DNA of 64,000 nucleotides from Alphaproteobacteria bacterium (GTDB lineage Bacteria; Pseudomonadota; Alphaproteobacteria; RF32; CAG-239): NCBI GenBank assembly GCA_045597005.1, contig JAZODJ010000009.1, positions 6,348 to 70,347 of the forward strand, read 5' to 3'. Shown piece by piece: positions 17,320 to 27,815 of this stretch (position 1 is its first letter; each line of letters starts with the position of its first letter). The notes under the pieces were generated by a model. It saw only the letters and a program-made list of their open reading frames with translations, ran no database searches and was not told where the DNA came from. The position numbers and the translations under genes were made by a program.

Positions 17320-18636
17320 TTATTTATATGCTGTAATTTCTGCATCTTTTGTGGACAGAAGCAATGTTTCATTAACTAATATCGGTGCAGTTTCAATACC
17401 TTCTTCAATATCAGCTATCCCCATTATTCTTCCATTGTATGGAGATACCGAAAACAGTTTCCCGTTTGACGATGCAATTAAAAGAGCATCATTTGCCAAG
17501 ATAGGACCGGTTGTAAACACTCCGATTTTTTCATCAGTCGAAGCATAAGGAACAATAGTTGTCCAAACAATTTTTCCGTCATCTTTATTTATGGCGACCA
17601 AATCACCATCAGTTGTCAAAACAAATAAGAATTTTCCTGCCAACCAAGGCTGAGAAGCTGCAGCTATTTCTTTTTGCCACATTTTTACTCCGGTTCTGAT
17701 ATCAATAGCAATTAAAGGAGCATTGTATCCCACAGCAAAAACCTTATCTTCATCAATAATCGGATTCGCTTTTACGGCCGTAATATCAGACATAGATTCT
17801 GTACTGGAAGCCGGTACCAACCATTCTTGCCACAAAGGAGTTCCTGTTGAGGCTTTGTATGCTTGTAATTGTCCGTTTGAAAAAGCTGCCACAACCAAGT
17901 CTTTTTTTGCACTATATGCCGGAGTTGCTCCTCCTATCATAGTGGTTGCTTCTTCTTCTAATTTATCTTTCCACATAATTTCGCCATTATTTATGTTTAA
18001 GGCATATATACCATTATCCAATGTTTGAATAATGACCAAATTATCATTTACGCTCGGAGCGATTCTTATCGGAGATTTAATATTTTTATTCCAAACAGTT
18101 TCACCATTTTCTTTGTTTAATGCAAATACTTCTCCGAAACCGGTTGTTATAAAAAGATTATTATCAAAAATTGCTAATCCGGCACCGGATACAGAAGCAT
18201 CTTCCGCTTCCTCATTTATCGGTTTTAGCTTCTTTTCCCATATTTCTTTACCTGTATCTAAAGCAAAAGCTCTAACTTCACCTTCCGCATCAACAGTATA
18301 AACATTAACACTGTCAGCAACAGGAGATGCAATTAAAACATTACGCTTTGATGATCCTTCACCAAAGCTTTCATTCCATATTTCATCCAAATTACCGCCG
18401 GCTTTCAAGTGTCCGCCGTTATGTTCGGACGAAAGACCGTTTTGCGACCACAAATAATTAATTTTTGATTTTGGTAAACGAACTTTAACTTGCTTTGCCG
18501 AATAATCAGGTTTCAAATTTCTGTCTTCCCTGATAACGCTAATCCTCTCACCTTCAATATCTAAAGGAGCTTTATCAAACATACCACACCCTGCTAAAGT
18601 TGTAGCAACAAAACAACCGCAAATTATTTTCTTCAT
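17320..18636 (-). CDS. bamB: Outer membrane assembly lipoprotein BamB (PQQ-type beta-propeller)
   Basis: Lipobox LAGC, repeated A...TG...W propeller motifs, synteny with der. Confidence 0.85.
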   Translation of the reverse strand: MKKIICGCFVATTLAGCGMFDKAPLDIEGERISVIREDRNLKPDYSAKQVKVRLPKSKINYLWSQNGLSSEHNGGHLKAGGNLDEIWNESFGEGSSKRNVLIASPVADSVNVYTVDAEGEVRAFALDTGKEIWEKKLKPINEEAEDASVSGAGLAIFDNNLFITTGFGEVFALNKENGETVWNKNIKSPIRIAPSVNDNLVIIQTLDNGIYALNINNGEIMWKDKLEEEATTMIGGATPAYSAKKDLVVAAFSNGQLQAYKASTGTPLWQEWLVPASSTESMSDITAVKANPIIDEDKVFAVGYNAPLIAIDIRTGVKMWQKEIAAASQPWLAGKFLFVLTTDGDLVAINKDDGKIVWTTIVPYASTDEKIGVFTTGPILANDALLIASSNGKLFSVSPYNGRIMGIADIEEGIETAPILVNETLLLSTKDAEITAYK

Positions 18637-18658
18637 ATCTGGATTTCCCTATAATATT

Positions 18659-19339
18659 TTATTGTTCGTTTAATAAATTAAGCATATCTGAAGCTCGTGT
18701 CTTAATAGCATCCGAAGCAGTCGCAGATGTTATAATTTGCTTATATTCGGCTTCAGCTTTTTCTACATCTTTTTCTCTTATATACAACATTGCTAAAAGT
18801 TCTCTGGCTATATCAGAACGAGAATCATCCTCAATAACAGGTAATAACAATGCCGTAATTTCATCTGCATCAACCCCCATATCCATTTTATAAGAAGCTA
18901 GTTTCATTGCTGCTATATTACGCATTTGTGGCAATATATTGTCATTATCTATTAAACTTTCCAATACATCTAAAGCTTCATTTTTCTTTCCTTGTTCAAG
19001 AAAAATATTCGCAATTTGCATTTTGGCTAAATCATCATAAATTCCGGATGCTTTTTCGGACAATGTATTATAAATATCTAAACTTTCATCCAGTCGACCT
19101 TGACTTTGTAAAGACATTGCAACAGCATATGCATTCGACAGTTCTTGGTGTTTTTTATCACGCCAAGATTTAATACCTTCAAAACTTATTGCTATTGTCA
19201 AAACAAGAGCAATACCGACAATTATATATAATCCGTACTTGTTCCAGAGTTGTTGCAATTGCTCATTTTTTACGTCTTCAACCACTTCGCGTAACAAAGC
19301 ATCTTCATTTATTTGGTTTTGCAACTTTCTTTTATTCAT
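18659..19339 (-). CDS. YfgM-like TPR membrane protein
   Basis: LLREVVEDVKNEQ...WNKYG then TM helix and helical repeats; yfgM-bamB-der synteny. Confidence 0.8.
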   Translation of the reverse strand: MNKRKLQNQINEDALLREVVEDVKNEQLQQLWNKYGLYIIVGIALVLTIAISFEGIKSWRDKKHQELSNAYAVAMSLQSQGRLDESLDIYNTLSEKASGIYDDLAKMQIANIFLEQGKKNEALDVLESLIDNDNILPQMRNIAAMKLASYKMDMGVDADEITALLLPVIEDDSRSDIARELLAMLYIREKDVEKAEAEYKQIITSATASDAIKTRASDMLNLLNEQ

Positions 19340-19425
19340 AATATTCTCCGTTTCTGTAAAAAAAATTACCTAACACTAATAATGTTTATAGCTGAATAAA
19401 CATATTTAATCAAAACAAATTTTAT

Positions 19426-20598
19426 CTAATTTATTATTTCGTGTATCAAAAATCGTTTTATCCACTGCAAATCCTTAATAGCCATTTTAGCTCCGAAAGT
19501 AATTGTATTATCCTCAGATATAAGAGAAACAAAATATCTTCCTGTAGCCGGATTCTCTGTAACCTCAATAGCTTCAATGTCCTTTTTTAATATTTCATTA
19601 TGTTTTGTTGAAAATAACATGTATTTATGAGTGTTCACAATCTTGTGCTTTTTTATAACCAATTTTTCTTTACGAAACAAAATCTGCACAGCAACCATAA
19701 TTATCATAATGGCAATGAACGACATCATATATAAAGCCGATGCATATGATTGACGATATGTATCCAGATTGCTTAATACAACAATCAACACAGTGCCGAC
19801 TATAAAAATAGCCGTCCATGCCAACATATTATAAGCATCCCAAACAATCTTTCTGACTTTCAGCACCATTTTGTCTTTTTTGCGGACAAACGTTATTGAT
19901 GACGGAAGATTATCATAAGCATCATAAGTATCTTTGATTATTTTCATTTTAGCTTGTTGTGCTATTGATTTATTTAGATTCTTCAAATCAATTACTTTTA
20001 ATCCGTCATCGGTATTTATCAATGCCGGCAACTTAAACGAGCGAGCAAATTCTTTCCATTTACGACGAATCCCTTTAGCTGATGTAGACAGATATAACGG
20101 AATTATTTTTTCCGGATTCTGATGATATAACTCAACGACATAGCGATTTTGTGTTAAAAAACCTGATTGTAAAAACTCAACTCTAAAGCGAACTCCTGTA
20201 TAATTTTTAAGATTTTCTTGCAAAATAAGTTTTTCACGAAAAACAGGACGTTTGATAATAGTTACCTTGTCACCGTTAAATTTATACTTATTATAACGCA
20301 GATACAGAAAAATATTGGTAACAACCATTCCCAAACCAACAATAACAAAACAAAGATCAAAAAACCATACAGCCAAAAACGGTTGATAAATTACTTTTTC
20401 TCCTAAAGGAACAATTTCTTCACCGCCGGTTCTAAACGCATTAAACCATTCATACATGCCAAGCAAAAATAACAAAAATCCGAATACAATTCCCGGAAGT
20501 AACAGCTTGATATTCGCTCTATCGGTTAAAAAGGATCGTCCTTTATGATAATCAAAATCCAATTTATTGCTTAAATGACAAGGGGTTGCATTGTTCAT
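19426..20598 (-). CDS. Hypothetical membrane protein with two TM-pair plus soluble-domain modules
   Basis: 390-aa ORF, two hydrophobic hairpins each followed by a beta-rich basic region. Confidence 0.7.
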   Translation of the reverse strand: MNNATPCHLSNKLDFDYHKGRSFLTDRANIKLLLPGIVFGFLLFLLGMYEWFNAFRTGGEEIVPLGEKVIYQPFLAVWFFDLCFVIVGLGMVVTNIFLYLRYNKYKFNGDKVTIIKRPVFREKLILQENLKNYTGVRFRVEFLQSGFLTQNRYVVELYHQNPEKIIPLYLSTSAKGIRRKWKEFARSFKLPALINTDDGLKVIDLKNLNKSIAQQAKMKIIKDTYDAYDNLPSSITFVRKKDKMVLKVRKIVWDAYNMLAWTAIFIVGTVLIVVLSNLDTYRQSYASALYMMSFIAIMIIMVAVQILFRKEKLVIKKHKIVNTHKYMLFSTKHNEILKKDIEAIEVTENPATGRYFVSLISEDNTITFGAKMAIKDLQWIKRFLIHEIIN

Positions 20599-20735
20599 AA
20601 GTATTTTCCTTAAAATATCTTAATCAATTAGAGATATAGGTTATCTTAAAAAAATTAAATATTCATCAAAATTTTTAACTAAACTTTATTATATTTTAGC
20701 AATACTATACTCAATGTTAAACTAAATAATAATTA

Positions 20736-22442
20736 TTGCAAGGAACAAAAATGGGAAATTTTGAAATTTTTTCAGTACCGTTCGGTTTACAAACAACGAT
20801 GTTTGCGTTTTTATGTCTTTTGTTGTCAGCTGTGTATTCGGTAAAAGAAGATCGTTTGTTTTCGCCAATAAGCTTTTTGATGACGGCATTTGTTTTTGAT
20901 TTTATAAGTTCGTGGGTAGAGTCAAAAGCGATTGTTGCCTACGAGCAGGGTGAACAAATAGAAACCTACGTAATGGTTGAGTTGGTACTGTTGTTAATTG
21001 CAATGATTTGTATGTCCTCCGCAGCATCTCGCTTTATTTCCAATTCTTCCCGCCAAAACTCATCATTGCCGGTTTGGATACTTGGAGGTTTGGGAGTAGG
21101 AGCGGTTGTTTTGTTTACTGTAGTTCTGCCAGCCGGAGACATAGTTAATAATATGCGCTTAATATTCCCTTTGGCAGCATTTTTATACTTATCAGCCGGA
21201 TTGGCAGCTCGTCTTTCATCTCCCAATAATAGCGGCTATGGTCTGGCACTTGTTGTTTCTGTATCAACCATAATTATAATCGCATTAAAGTTTTTCCAAA
21301 TATATGCTCCATGGTATACGATTCCTGTAACATATATAGCATTTGCCTTAGCATTTTTATTAATGAAAAGCGATTCTATTTCAGATAATTTAGCAAAAGC
21401 AGAGCAGGAAATATTAAAATATAACAAGCGTATTGAAGACATAATTAAATCATCACCTTTTCCTATTATAATATCACGCCTGAGTGACGATAAAATAATC
21501 TTGGCAAATGATAATGCATCTAAACTTTTTGGAATAAATGCAAAGGAATTTGACAAATATCATCTTAAAGACTTTTTTGCCGATTCTGATAACAGAAGAT
21601 TATTGTTAGAACGTATTGAAGAACAAAAAGAAGTTCAGGATTTTGAGGTGTTAATAAAAACATCATCGACAGATACACCATTTTGGTTATTAACTTCTGC
21701 AAATATTATAGATTTCAACTATGATGTTGCTTTATATTCCGCTTTTCAAGATATCACATCTCGAAAAAATCGTGAGGTATTATTACAGAACCAAGCAACC
21801 AGAGACCCTCTTACATCACTTTATAATCGCCGTTATTTTGAGGATGAAGTAAAAAAACAAATTATTAGAGCTAAAAATGAAAAACTTCCTTACAGCGTTT
21901 TAATGTTGGATGCCGATCATTTCAAGAATGTTAACGATACTTACGGACATAAAACGGGCGATAAAGTATTAATAGAGTTAGCCTCAAAAGCTGAAAAGGC
22001 TTTGCGTGACAAAGATATTGTTGCTCGTTATGGTGGTGAAGAGTTTATAATCTTCTTGCCGGAAATTAATGCAGTTCAAGCAGAAAAAGTTGCCGACAGA
22101 CTACGCCAGAGCATATCCACCATTGTTGTCTATTCTGATGACAATCAAGAGGTCAGATTTACCGTATCAGTCGGCGTTTCATCTTCCGATATCTCTGACA
22201 ACGTAGATATGTTAGTTAAAACGGCAGATGAAGCATTGTATCGAGCAAAACAGAACGGACGTAACAGAGTCGAGGTATTTACCAAAGAAGATTTATTGTC
22301 TTATGAAAAACAAGGATCCCAAATAGCAAAGCCTGAAAAGCAAACTCAACACCCTATTTTTGACAAAGAAAATAATGCGGAAATATCATTGCTTGATGGT
22401 ACAGATACTAAGGATACAATTGATGTTTCAAAAGAGGTATAA
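20736..22442 (+). CDS. Membrane PAS-GGDEF diguanylate cyclase
   Basis: Multiple TM helices, PAS (N..A.KLFG), DPLTSLYNRR, RDKD I-site, YGGEEF. Confidence 0.9.
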   Translation: MQGTKMGNFEIFSVPFGLQTTMFAFLCLLLSAVYSVKEDRLFSPISFLMTAFVFDFISSWVESKAIVAYEQGEQIETYVMVELVLLLIAMICMSSAASRFISNSSRQNSSLPVWILGGLGVGAVVLFTVVLPAGDIVNNMRLIFPLAAFLYLSAGLAARLSSPNNSGYGLALVVSVSTIIIIALKFFQIYAPWYTIPVTYIAFALAFLLMKSDSISDNLAKAEQEILKYNKRIEDIIKSSPFPIIISRLSDDKIILANDNASKLFGINAKEFDKYHLKDFFADSDNRRLLLERIEEQKEVQDFEVLIKTSSTDTPFWLLTSANIIDFNYDVALYSAFQDITSRKNREVLLQNQATRDPLTSLYNRRYFEDEVKKQIIRAKNEKLPYSVLMLDADHFKNVNDTYGHKTGDKVLIELASKAEKALRDKDIVARYGGEEFIIFLPEINAVQAEKVADRLRQSISTIVVYSDDNQEVRFTVSVGVSSSDISDNVDMLVKTADEALYRAKQNGRNRVEVFTKEDLLSYEKQGSQIAKPEKQTQHPIFDKENNAEISLLDGTDTKDTIDVSKEV

Positions 22443-22445
22443 ACG

Positions 22446-23582
22446 TTGAGTTGTAAGTTATCTGAAATATGCGGTGGTTGTTGTTATCGAGAAATGGATG
22501 TTTCGGTATATCGCCGACAAAAAGAACAAAAGTTTATTCAAACAATTTCATCTATATCCTCAAGTGATTACGAGATAAAACCGGCGGTGTTTATTGAAGA
22601 CGGATGTCGACGCAGAGCAACATTTGCTTTCGAATACAAGAAAAAACAATTAATTTTAGGTTTTAATCGTAAGTCATCACATGAAATTGTTGAGTTGGAT
22701 TATTGTCCATCACTGACATCAAAAATAAATAATATAATACCATTTATAAAAAGGATAATAAGCGCAATTTGTGCAGAGCCGTTTAATGAACGGAAAGGCA
22801 AAAAAAACATAATTCACAATATAAATAAAGGTGATGTATCGTTATGCCAAGCCGATAACGGAATAGATGTCGTACTGGAGTTTGATGTTCCGATAGGATT
22901 AAATCAGCAAATGATAATAGCCGAAATGATACATCAGGAAAACAGTATTATTCGTATATCTCATCGTACAACAGCTAATTCAGATGCCGAGACCATTGTT
23001 GAAAAAACAAAACCATACATAAAAGTTGGAAGATATAGCGTGTATATTCCGGCAGGAACATTTTTGCAGCCGTCACAAGAAGGCCAGAATGCCTTGGGAA
23101 AACTTGTAATCAAATATTTTCATAACATAAAAGGAAATGTAGCAGATTTATTTTGTGGTGTAGGAACGTTTTCATATCTTTTGGCGGATATTCCGGATGT
23201 TAGAGTAACATCAATAGATTCTTCTGCTTCATTGCTTAAAGGTTTTTGCGATTCGATAAATGCTAACCAAATTAAAAATATTACAGTACATAACAAAAAC
23301 TTGTTTAAATATCCTTTGGATGAAAAAGAATTAAAAAATTTTAAGGCTGTTTTATTTGATCCTCCGCGAGCCGGAGCTAAGGCCGTATGTGAAAAGATTG
23401 CATTGTCGGCAAATAAGCCGGATGTTATTGTTGCGATTTCATGTAATCCATCAACATTTGTAAACGATGCCAACTCGCTAATAAGAGGAGGGTATACTCT
23501 GCAAGAGATAACAATGATAGATCAGTTTACTTATTCTAACCACAGTGAATTAGTTGCCTTCTTTACAAAAAACAATATCTGA
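22446..23582 (+). CDS. RNA m5U methyltransferase (RlmD/TrmA family)
   Basis: CGGC, FLQPS, DLFCGVGTF, FDPPRAG, SCNPSTF, DQF..S.HSE. Confidence 0.88.
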   Translation: MSCKLSEICGGCCYREMDVSVYRRQKEQKFIQTISSISSSDYEIKPAVFIEDGCRRRATFAFEYKKKQLILGFNRKSSHEIVELDYCPSLTSKINNIIPFIKRIISAICAEPFNERKGKKNIIHNINKGDVSLCQADNGIDVVLEFDVPIGLNQQMIIAEMIHQENSIIRISHRTTANSDAETIVEKTKPYIKVGRYSVYIPAGTFLQPSQEGQNALGKLVIKYFHNIKGNVADLFCGVGTFSYLLADIPDVRVTSIDSSASLLKGFCDSINANQIKNITVHNKNLFKYPLDEKELKNFKAVLFDPPRAGAKAVCEKIALSANKPDVIVAISCNPSTFVNDANSLIRGGYTLQEITMIDQFTYSNHSELVAFFTKNNI

Positions 23583-23619
23583 TTTATATATTATAGACAA
23601 ATAGAGAAAGGTTCCTTTT

Positions 23620-24276
23620 ATGAAACATTTTTTGGCTTTTTGCCTGCTTTTTTTTGTTGCATCTTGTTCTTCCGGAAGTAAGTCGGAATATGATTGTCCT
23701 GAAATATTAATACCTCGTGAAACAACGCGAATTTATCAGTCAAACGGCAAGTATGACGAATTTCAGATTAATCTTGTTGGATCTGAAAGTTATTGCTATA
23801 CGGAACCTTCTACAAATCGTCGTTATGCTGTTATTACTCCGTTATTTAAGATTCGCAGGCTGGAAAAAAGCAATATTTCGACAATTGATATAGAATTTTT
23901 TGTAAAAACATCTCAAAATGCTGAAGATTATTTAGGCACGCGTAATTTTCATCAGACACTGAAAATTCCGACCTCATCAAAAGAAGAAGTAGTCAAAGGA
24001 CGCCAAACATCAACACGTATAACAATGCCACCCTATAATGATTTTACCATATATCTCGGTATAAAGCAAAGTGAATACACAGGGGCAAAAGTGCGTAAAA
24101 TGTTTGATATTGATTATCGCTATTTGTCAGATGAAGAAATTGCAGAGCAAAATAACCCCACAACGGAAAATGTTTATCTTGAAGTAAATTCAGATGAGGA
24201 GATTATATACTCTGATTCCGAAAAAAAGCCAATAGTGGTTAAAAAAAATCGTCCATCAAATAATTGTCAAAATTAG
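23620..24276 (+). CDS. Hypothetical lipoprotein
   Basis: Lipobox VASC; DCPEILI motif. Confidence 0.75.
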   Translation: MKHFLAFCLLFFVASCSSGSKSEYDCPEILIPRETTRIYQSNGKYDEFQINLVGSESYCYTEPSTNRRYAVITPLFKIRRLEKSNISTIDIEFFVKTSQNAEDYLGTRNFHQTLKIPTSSKEEVVKGRQTSTRITMPPYNDFTIYLGIKQSEYTGAKVRKMFDIDYRYLSDEEIAEQNNPTTENVYLEVNSDEEIIYSDSEKKPIVVKKNRPSNNCQN

Positions 24277-24288
24277 CAGGAGAAAATA

Positions 24289-26265
24289 ATGTTTTTATGT
24301 TCTTGTCATGCCAAAGAAAAACAAATGGCTAACGCTGTACGTTTTTTATCAGCCGAAATGATTGAAAAAGCAAAATCAGGTCATCCGGGGATGCCGCTTG
24401 GAATTGCAGATGTTGCCACAATGCTTTTTTCTAAGCACATAAAAATTGATCCGCAAAATCCGCGTTGGTTTGATCGCGATAGATTTGTTTTATCAGGCGG
24501 ACATGCATCAAGTATGTTATACTCAATATTTTATCTTTTGGGTTACAAAGATATTGATGTCGAAGATTTGAAAAATTTTCGCCAACTTGGTGCCAAAACA
24601 GCCGGACACCCGGAATATGGACATCTTGAAGGAATTGATACTACTACCGGTCCTTTAGGGCAGGGAATTGCAACTGCAGTCGGAATGGCTCTGGCTGAAA
24701 AAATAATTGCCTCAAAATATGGTGCGGATGTATGCAATCACTACACTTATGTGATTATGGGGGATGGTTGTTTAATGGAGGGCATATCCGAAGAAGCTAT
24801 TGCTCTAGCTGGTCATTGGAAATTAAACAAATTAATAGCCTTTTGGGATGATAACAATGTCACCATTGACGGCAATGTCAGTTTGGCATCATCAACTAAT
24901 CAAATAGCACGTTTTAAGGCAAATGGTTGGAATACAATAAAAATAGACGGACACAATTATTGTCAAATTGATAGAGCCATCAAAAAAGCTAAAAAATCCA
25001 ACAAGCCTACTTTGATAGCTTGTAAGACAGTTATAGGTTTTGGCTCTCCCAACAAATGCGGAACACCCAAATGTCATGGTTCGCCTCTTGGTGCCGATGA
25101 ACTTGCCCTTACTCGCAAAGCACTAGGTTGGGATGCAGCTCCTTTTGAAGTTCCTGAACCGATTATGAATAATTGGCGAATTGCCGGAAAAAGAAACTCG
25201 GGTTTGGTTAAAGAATGGGATAAAAAAGCCAAAGCCAAGGGAAAAGAATTTTTAGATATTATTTCCGGAAAACTGCCAAAGGATTGGAACAAAGAATTAA
25301 ACAAATTAAAAGAACAGGCTATAAAAGATCAAACAAGCGTTGCATCACGCAAGGCTTCTCAGATGTGTTTAGAAAGCATAATGCCTCATTTACCGCAGTT
25401 GGTAGGTGGATCGGCAGATTTGGCCGGTCCTAATATGGTACTAACGAAAACAAGCAAAAATATATTGGCTGACGATTATAATGGTAACAATATAGAATAT
25501 GGTGTAAGAGAACATGCAATGGGTGCTATAATGAATGGTTTAGCACTACACGGTGGTATTATTCCTTTTGGCGGAACATTCTTTGTTTTTTCAGACTACT
25601 TACGTCCGGCAATGCGTTTGGCTTCACTAATGAAACTGCATACAATATATGTTATGACACATGATTCTATAGGCGTTGGAGAAGACGGACCGACACATCA
25701 ACCGATTGAGCATTTAGCGTCGTTCCGAGCAATGCCGAACATGTTGACATTTCGTCCTTGCGATATTGTGGAAACAGCAGAATCTTGGGAATTAGCTGTT
25801 GAACAAAAAAATACTCCGAGTATTTTAGCTCTCAGCAGACAAAATTTGCCTATTTTACGTTCTGACAGCAAAGAAAACAAAACATCTTTAGGCGCATATA
25901 TTATCGCCGGAGATGATAAAAAACGACAAGCGACATTAATTGCTACCGGATCAGAAGTTGCTTTGGCTGTTGAAGCTTACAACAAACTTAAAGCTGAGGG
26001 AATAGATGTTGTAGTGGTTTCAATGCCTTGTGCAGAACTGTTTGATGCGCAACCGATTACCTACCAAGAACAAATTTTGGGGAATAAACCACGCATTGCT
26101 ATAGAAGCTGCATCCAAATTCGGTTGGGAAAAATATGTAGGACTAACCGGTGATATAATCGGTATGGACGGTTTTGGCGCTTCTGCACCGGGAAGTGAAT
26201 TATACAAATATTTTGGCATAACGGTAGAAGAAGTGATTGATTCTGTCAAAAACAGCTTGCGTTAA
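24289..26265 (+). CDS. tkt: Transketolase
   Basis: SGHPGMPLG, GHPEYG, GDGCLMEG, REHAMG, GEDGPTHQP. Confidence 0.96.
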   Translation: MFLCSCHAKEKQMANAVRFLSAEMIEKAKSGHPGMPLGIADVATMLFSKHIKIDPQNPRWFDRDRFVLSGGHASSMLYSIFYLLGYKDIDVEDLKNFRQLGAKTAGHPEYGHLEGIDTTTGPLGQGIATAVGMALAEKIIASKYGADVCNHYTYVIMGDGCLMEGISEEAIALAGHWKLNKLIAFWDDNNVTIDGNVSLASSTNQIARFKANGWNTIKIDGHNYCQIDRAIKKAKKSNKPTLIACKTVIGFGSPNKCGTPKCHGSPLGADELALTRKALGWDAAPFEVPEPIMNNWRIAGKRNSGLVKEWDKKAKAKGKEFLDIISGKLPKDWNKELNKLKEQAIKDQTSVASRKASQMCLESIMPHLPQLVGGSADLAGPNMVLTKTSKNILADDYNGNNIEYGVREHAMGAIMNGLALHGGIIPFGGTFFVFSDYLRPAMRLASLMKLHTIYVMTHDSIGVGEDGPTHQPIEHLASFRAMPNMLTFRPCDIVETAESWELAVEQKNTPSILALSRQNLPILRSDSKENKTSLGAYIIAGDDKKRQATLIATGSEVALAVEAYNKLKAEGIDVVVVSMPCAELFDAQPITYQEQILGNKPRIAIEAASKFGWEKYVGLTGDIIGMDGFGASAPGSELYKYFGITVEEVIDSVKNSLR

Positions 26266-26324
26266 GCAAAACATTTTAATATATTCAAACGAGTGATTGA
26301 ATTTTTTTATTTAAGGAGAAAACA

Positions 26325-27374
26325 ATGCCTTTAGTTACTATGCGTCAGATTTTAGATCACGCAGCCGAAAACAATTATGGTGTTCCGGCTTTCAACTTTA
26401 ACGATATGGAGCAAGTTATTGCTGTTTTACAAGCAGCTAAAAAAGTTAATGCTCCGGTTATTTTGCAAACATCTACCGGCGCTCGCAAATTTGCCGGTGA
26501 TCCTATGATTCGCAATATGGTAAAAGCAGGAATAGAGATGTTCCCGGAACTTCCTATTTGTTTGCATCAAGATCATGGTTCTTCGGTTGATATATGCCAA
26601 TCGGCTATTGTAAACGGTTATTCATCTGTAATGATGGACGGTTCTTTAGAAGCAGACGGTAAAACGCCATCATCTTTTGAATACAATGTAAAAGTTACTA
26701 AAGAAGTTGTTGCCAGAGCTCACGCTGTCGGTGCTTCTGTTGAAGGCGAATTGGGGGTTATCGGTTCTTTAGAAACAGGAAAAGGTGACAAAGAAGACGG
26801 ACACGGTGCTGAAGGAGTTATTGATAAAAAACGCCTCGTTACGGATCCTGATGAGGCTGCTCGTTTTGTTGCCGAAACAAAATTAGATGCATTAGCTGTT
26901 GCTGTTGGTACATCTCATGGTGCATACAAATTTACTCGTAAACCGGATGGTGAAATTTTGGCTATTGATGTTATTGAAAAAATTCATGCCAAATTACCTA
27001 ACACTCATATGGTTATGCACGGTTCATCATCTGTTCCTCAAGAATTGCAAGATTTGATTAATGCCTATGGTGGAGCGATTCCTCAAACCTATGGTGTTCC
27101 GGTTGAAGAAATCGTTCGCGGTATCAAATCAGGTGTTCGTAAAGTAAACGTTGATACCGATTGCCGTATGGCTATTACTGGTGCGATTCGTAAGGTTTTT
27201 GCTGAAAATCCGAAAGAATTTGACCCACGCAAATATTTAAAACCGGCTATTGAAGAAATGCAAAAAGTTTGCGAAGCTCGCTTTATTGCATTTGGTGCCG
27301 CAGGTAATGCTGATAAAATTAAAGTTATACCGATGTCTGAAATGGCAAAACGCTATGCTTCAGGTGAGCTTTAA
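26325..27374 (+). CDS. fba: Class II fructose-bisphosphate aldolase
   Basis: LHQDHG, SVMMDGS, GTSHGAYKF, VMHGSS. Confidence 0.95.
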   Translation: MPLVTMRQILDHAAENNYGVPAFNFNDMEQVIAVLQAAKKVNAPVILQTSTGARKFAGDPMIRNMVKAGIEMFPELPICLHQDHGSSVDICQSAIVNGYSSVMMDGSLEADGKTPSSFEYNVKVTKEVVARAHAVGASVEGELGVIGSLETGKGDKEDGHGAEGVIDKKRLVTDPDEAARFVAETKLDALAVAVGTSHGAYKFTRKPDGEILAIDVIEKIHAKLPNTHMVMHGSSSVPQELQDLINAYGGAIPQTYGVPVEEIVRGIKSGVRKVNVDTDCRMAITGAIRKVFAENPKEFDPRKYLKPAIEEMQKVCEARFIAFGAAGNADKIKVIPMSEMAKRYASGEL

Positions 27375-27399
27375 TAATTAGCCTGATTGTATAATCAAG

Positions 27400-27434
27400 A
27401 AAACCTCTTTGCTATGACAGCAAAGAGGTTTTTT
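27400..27434 (+). terminator. Terminator of tkt-fba
   Basis: aaaacctctttgct/agcaaagaggtttt stem. Confidence 0.8.
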
Positions 27435-27442
27435 GTTTTACT

Positions 27443-27613
27443 TTAGAATATACATCAATCCTTTGGGGAGTTGCCGAAGGTGTTGTTGATGCCAACAAAA
27501 TCAACGAACGAGAACTCGTTTATTATTATATTTTTGATGAAAGCGGACGTCTTGCTCTTCAAGATAAAGGCCTCAGATTTAACGATAGAGGTCGTTTAGT
27601 CAAAATAAAATAG
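27443..27613 (+). pseudogene. Start-less ORF fragment (possible 3' gene remnant)
   Basis: Open frame LEYTSILWGVAEGVVDANKINERELVYYYIFDESGRLALQDKGLRFNDRGRLVKIK* ending just before a terminator; no start or RBS. Confidence 0.35.
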
Positions 27614-27618
27614 ATACA

Positions 27619-27646
27619 AAAAGCTCTGTAATTTTACAGAGCTTTT
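27619..27646. terminator. Bidirectional terminator
   Basis: aaaagctctgtaa/ttacagagctttt. Confidence 0.75.
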
Positions 27647-27652
27647 ATTTTT

Positions 27653-27805
27653 TCACCAAGGGATTCCATTAATACATTTTTCCGGTGTCTTATTACAATC
27701 AGGTTTACCTAATTCATATTGAGCATGCCTTTCCGGAGTAAATTCACCAACCTGTATGCATCCTGACAAAAACAGAACAAAAAATAAAACAAGCAAATAT
27801 TTCAT
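27653..27805 (-). CDS. Small 50-aa lipoprotein, missed by ORF track
   Basis: MKYLLVLFFVLFLSGC-IQVGEFTPERHAQYELGKPDCNKTPEKCINGIPW*; lipobox LSGC; 10 bp after upstream gene and followed by terminator. Confidence 0.75.
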   Translation of the reverse strand: MKYLLVLFFVLFLSGCIQVGEFTPERHAQYELGKPDCNKTPEKCINGIPW

Positions 27806-27815
27806 TAACCCAATC

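Noticed and set aside
20736-22442. PAS-GGDEF protein as novel system
   Set aside because: Common architecture with intact GGEEF and RxxD sites
27464-27500. ggggagttgccgaagg resembling a glycine riboswitch fragment
   Set aside because: Remaining conserved aptamer elements are absent and there is no downstream gene on that strand
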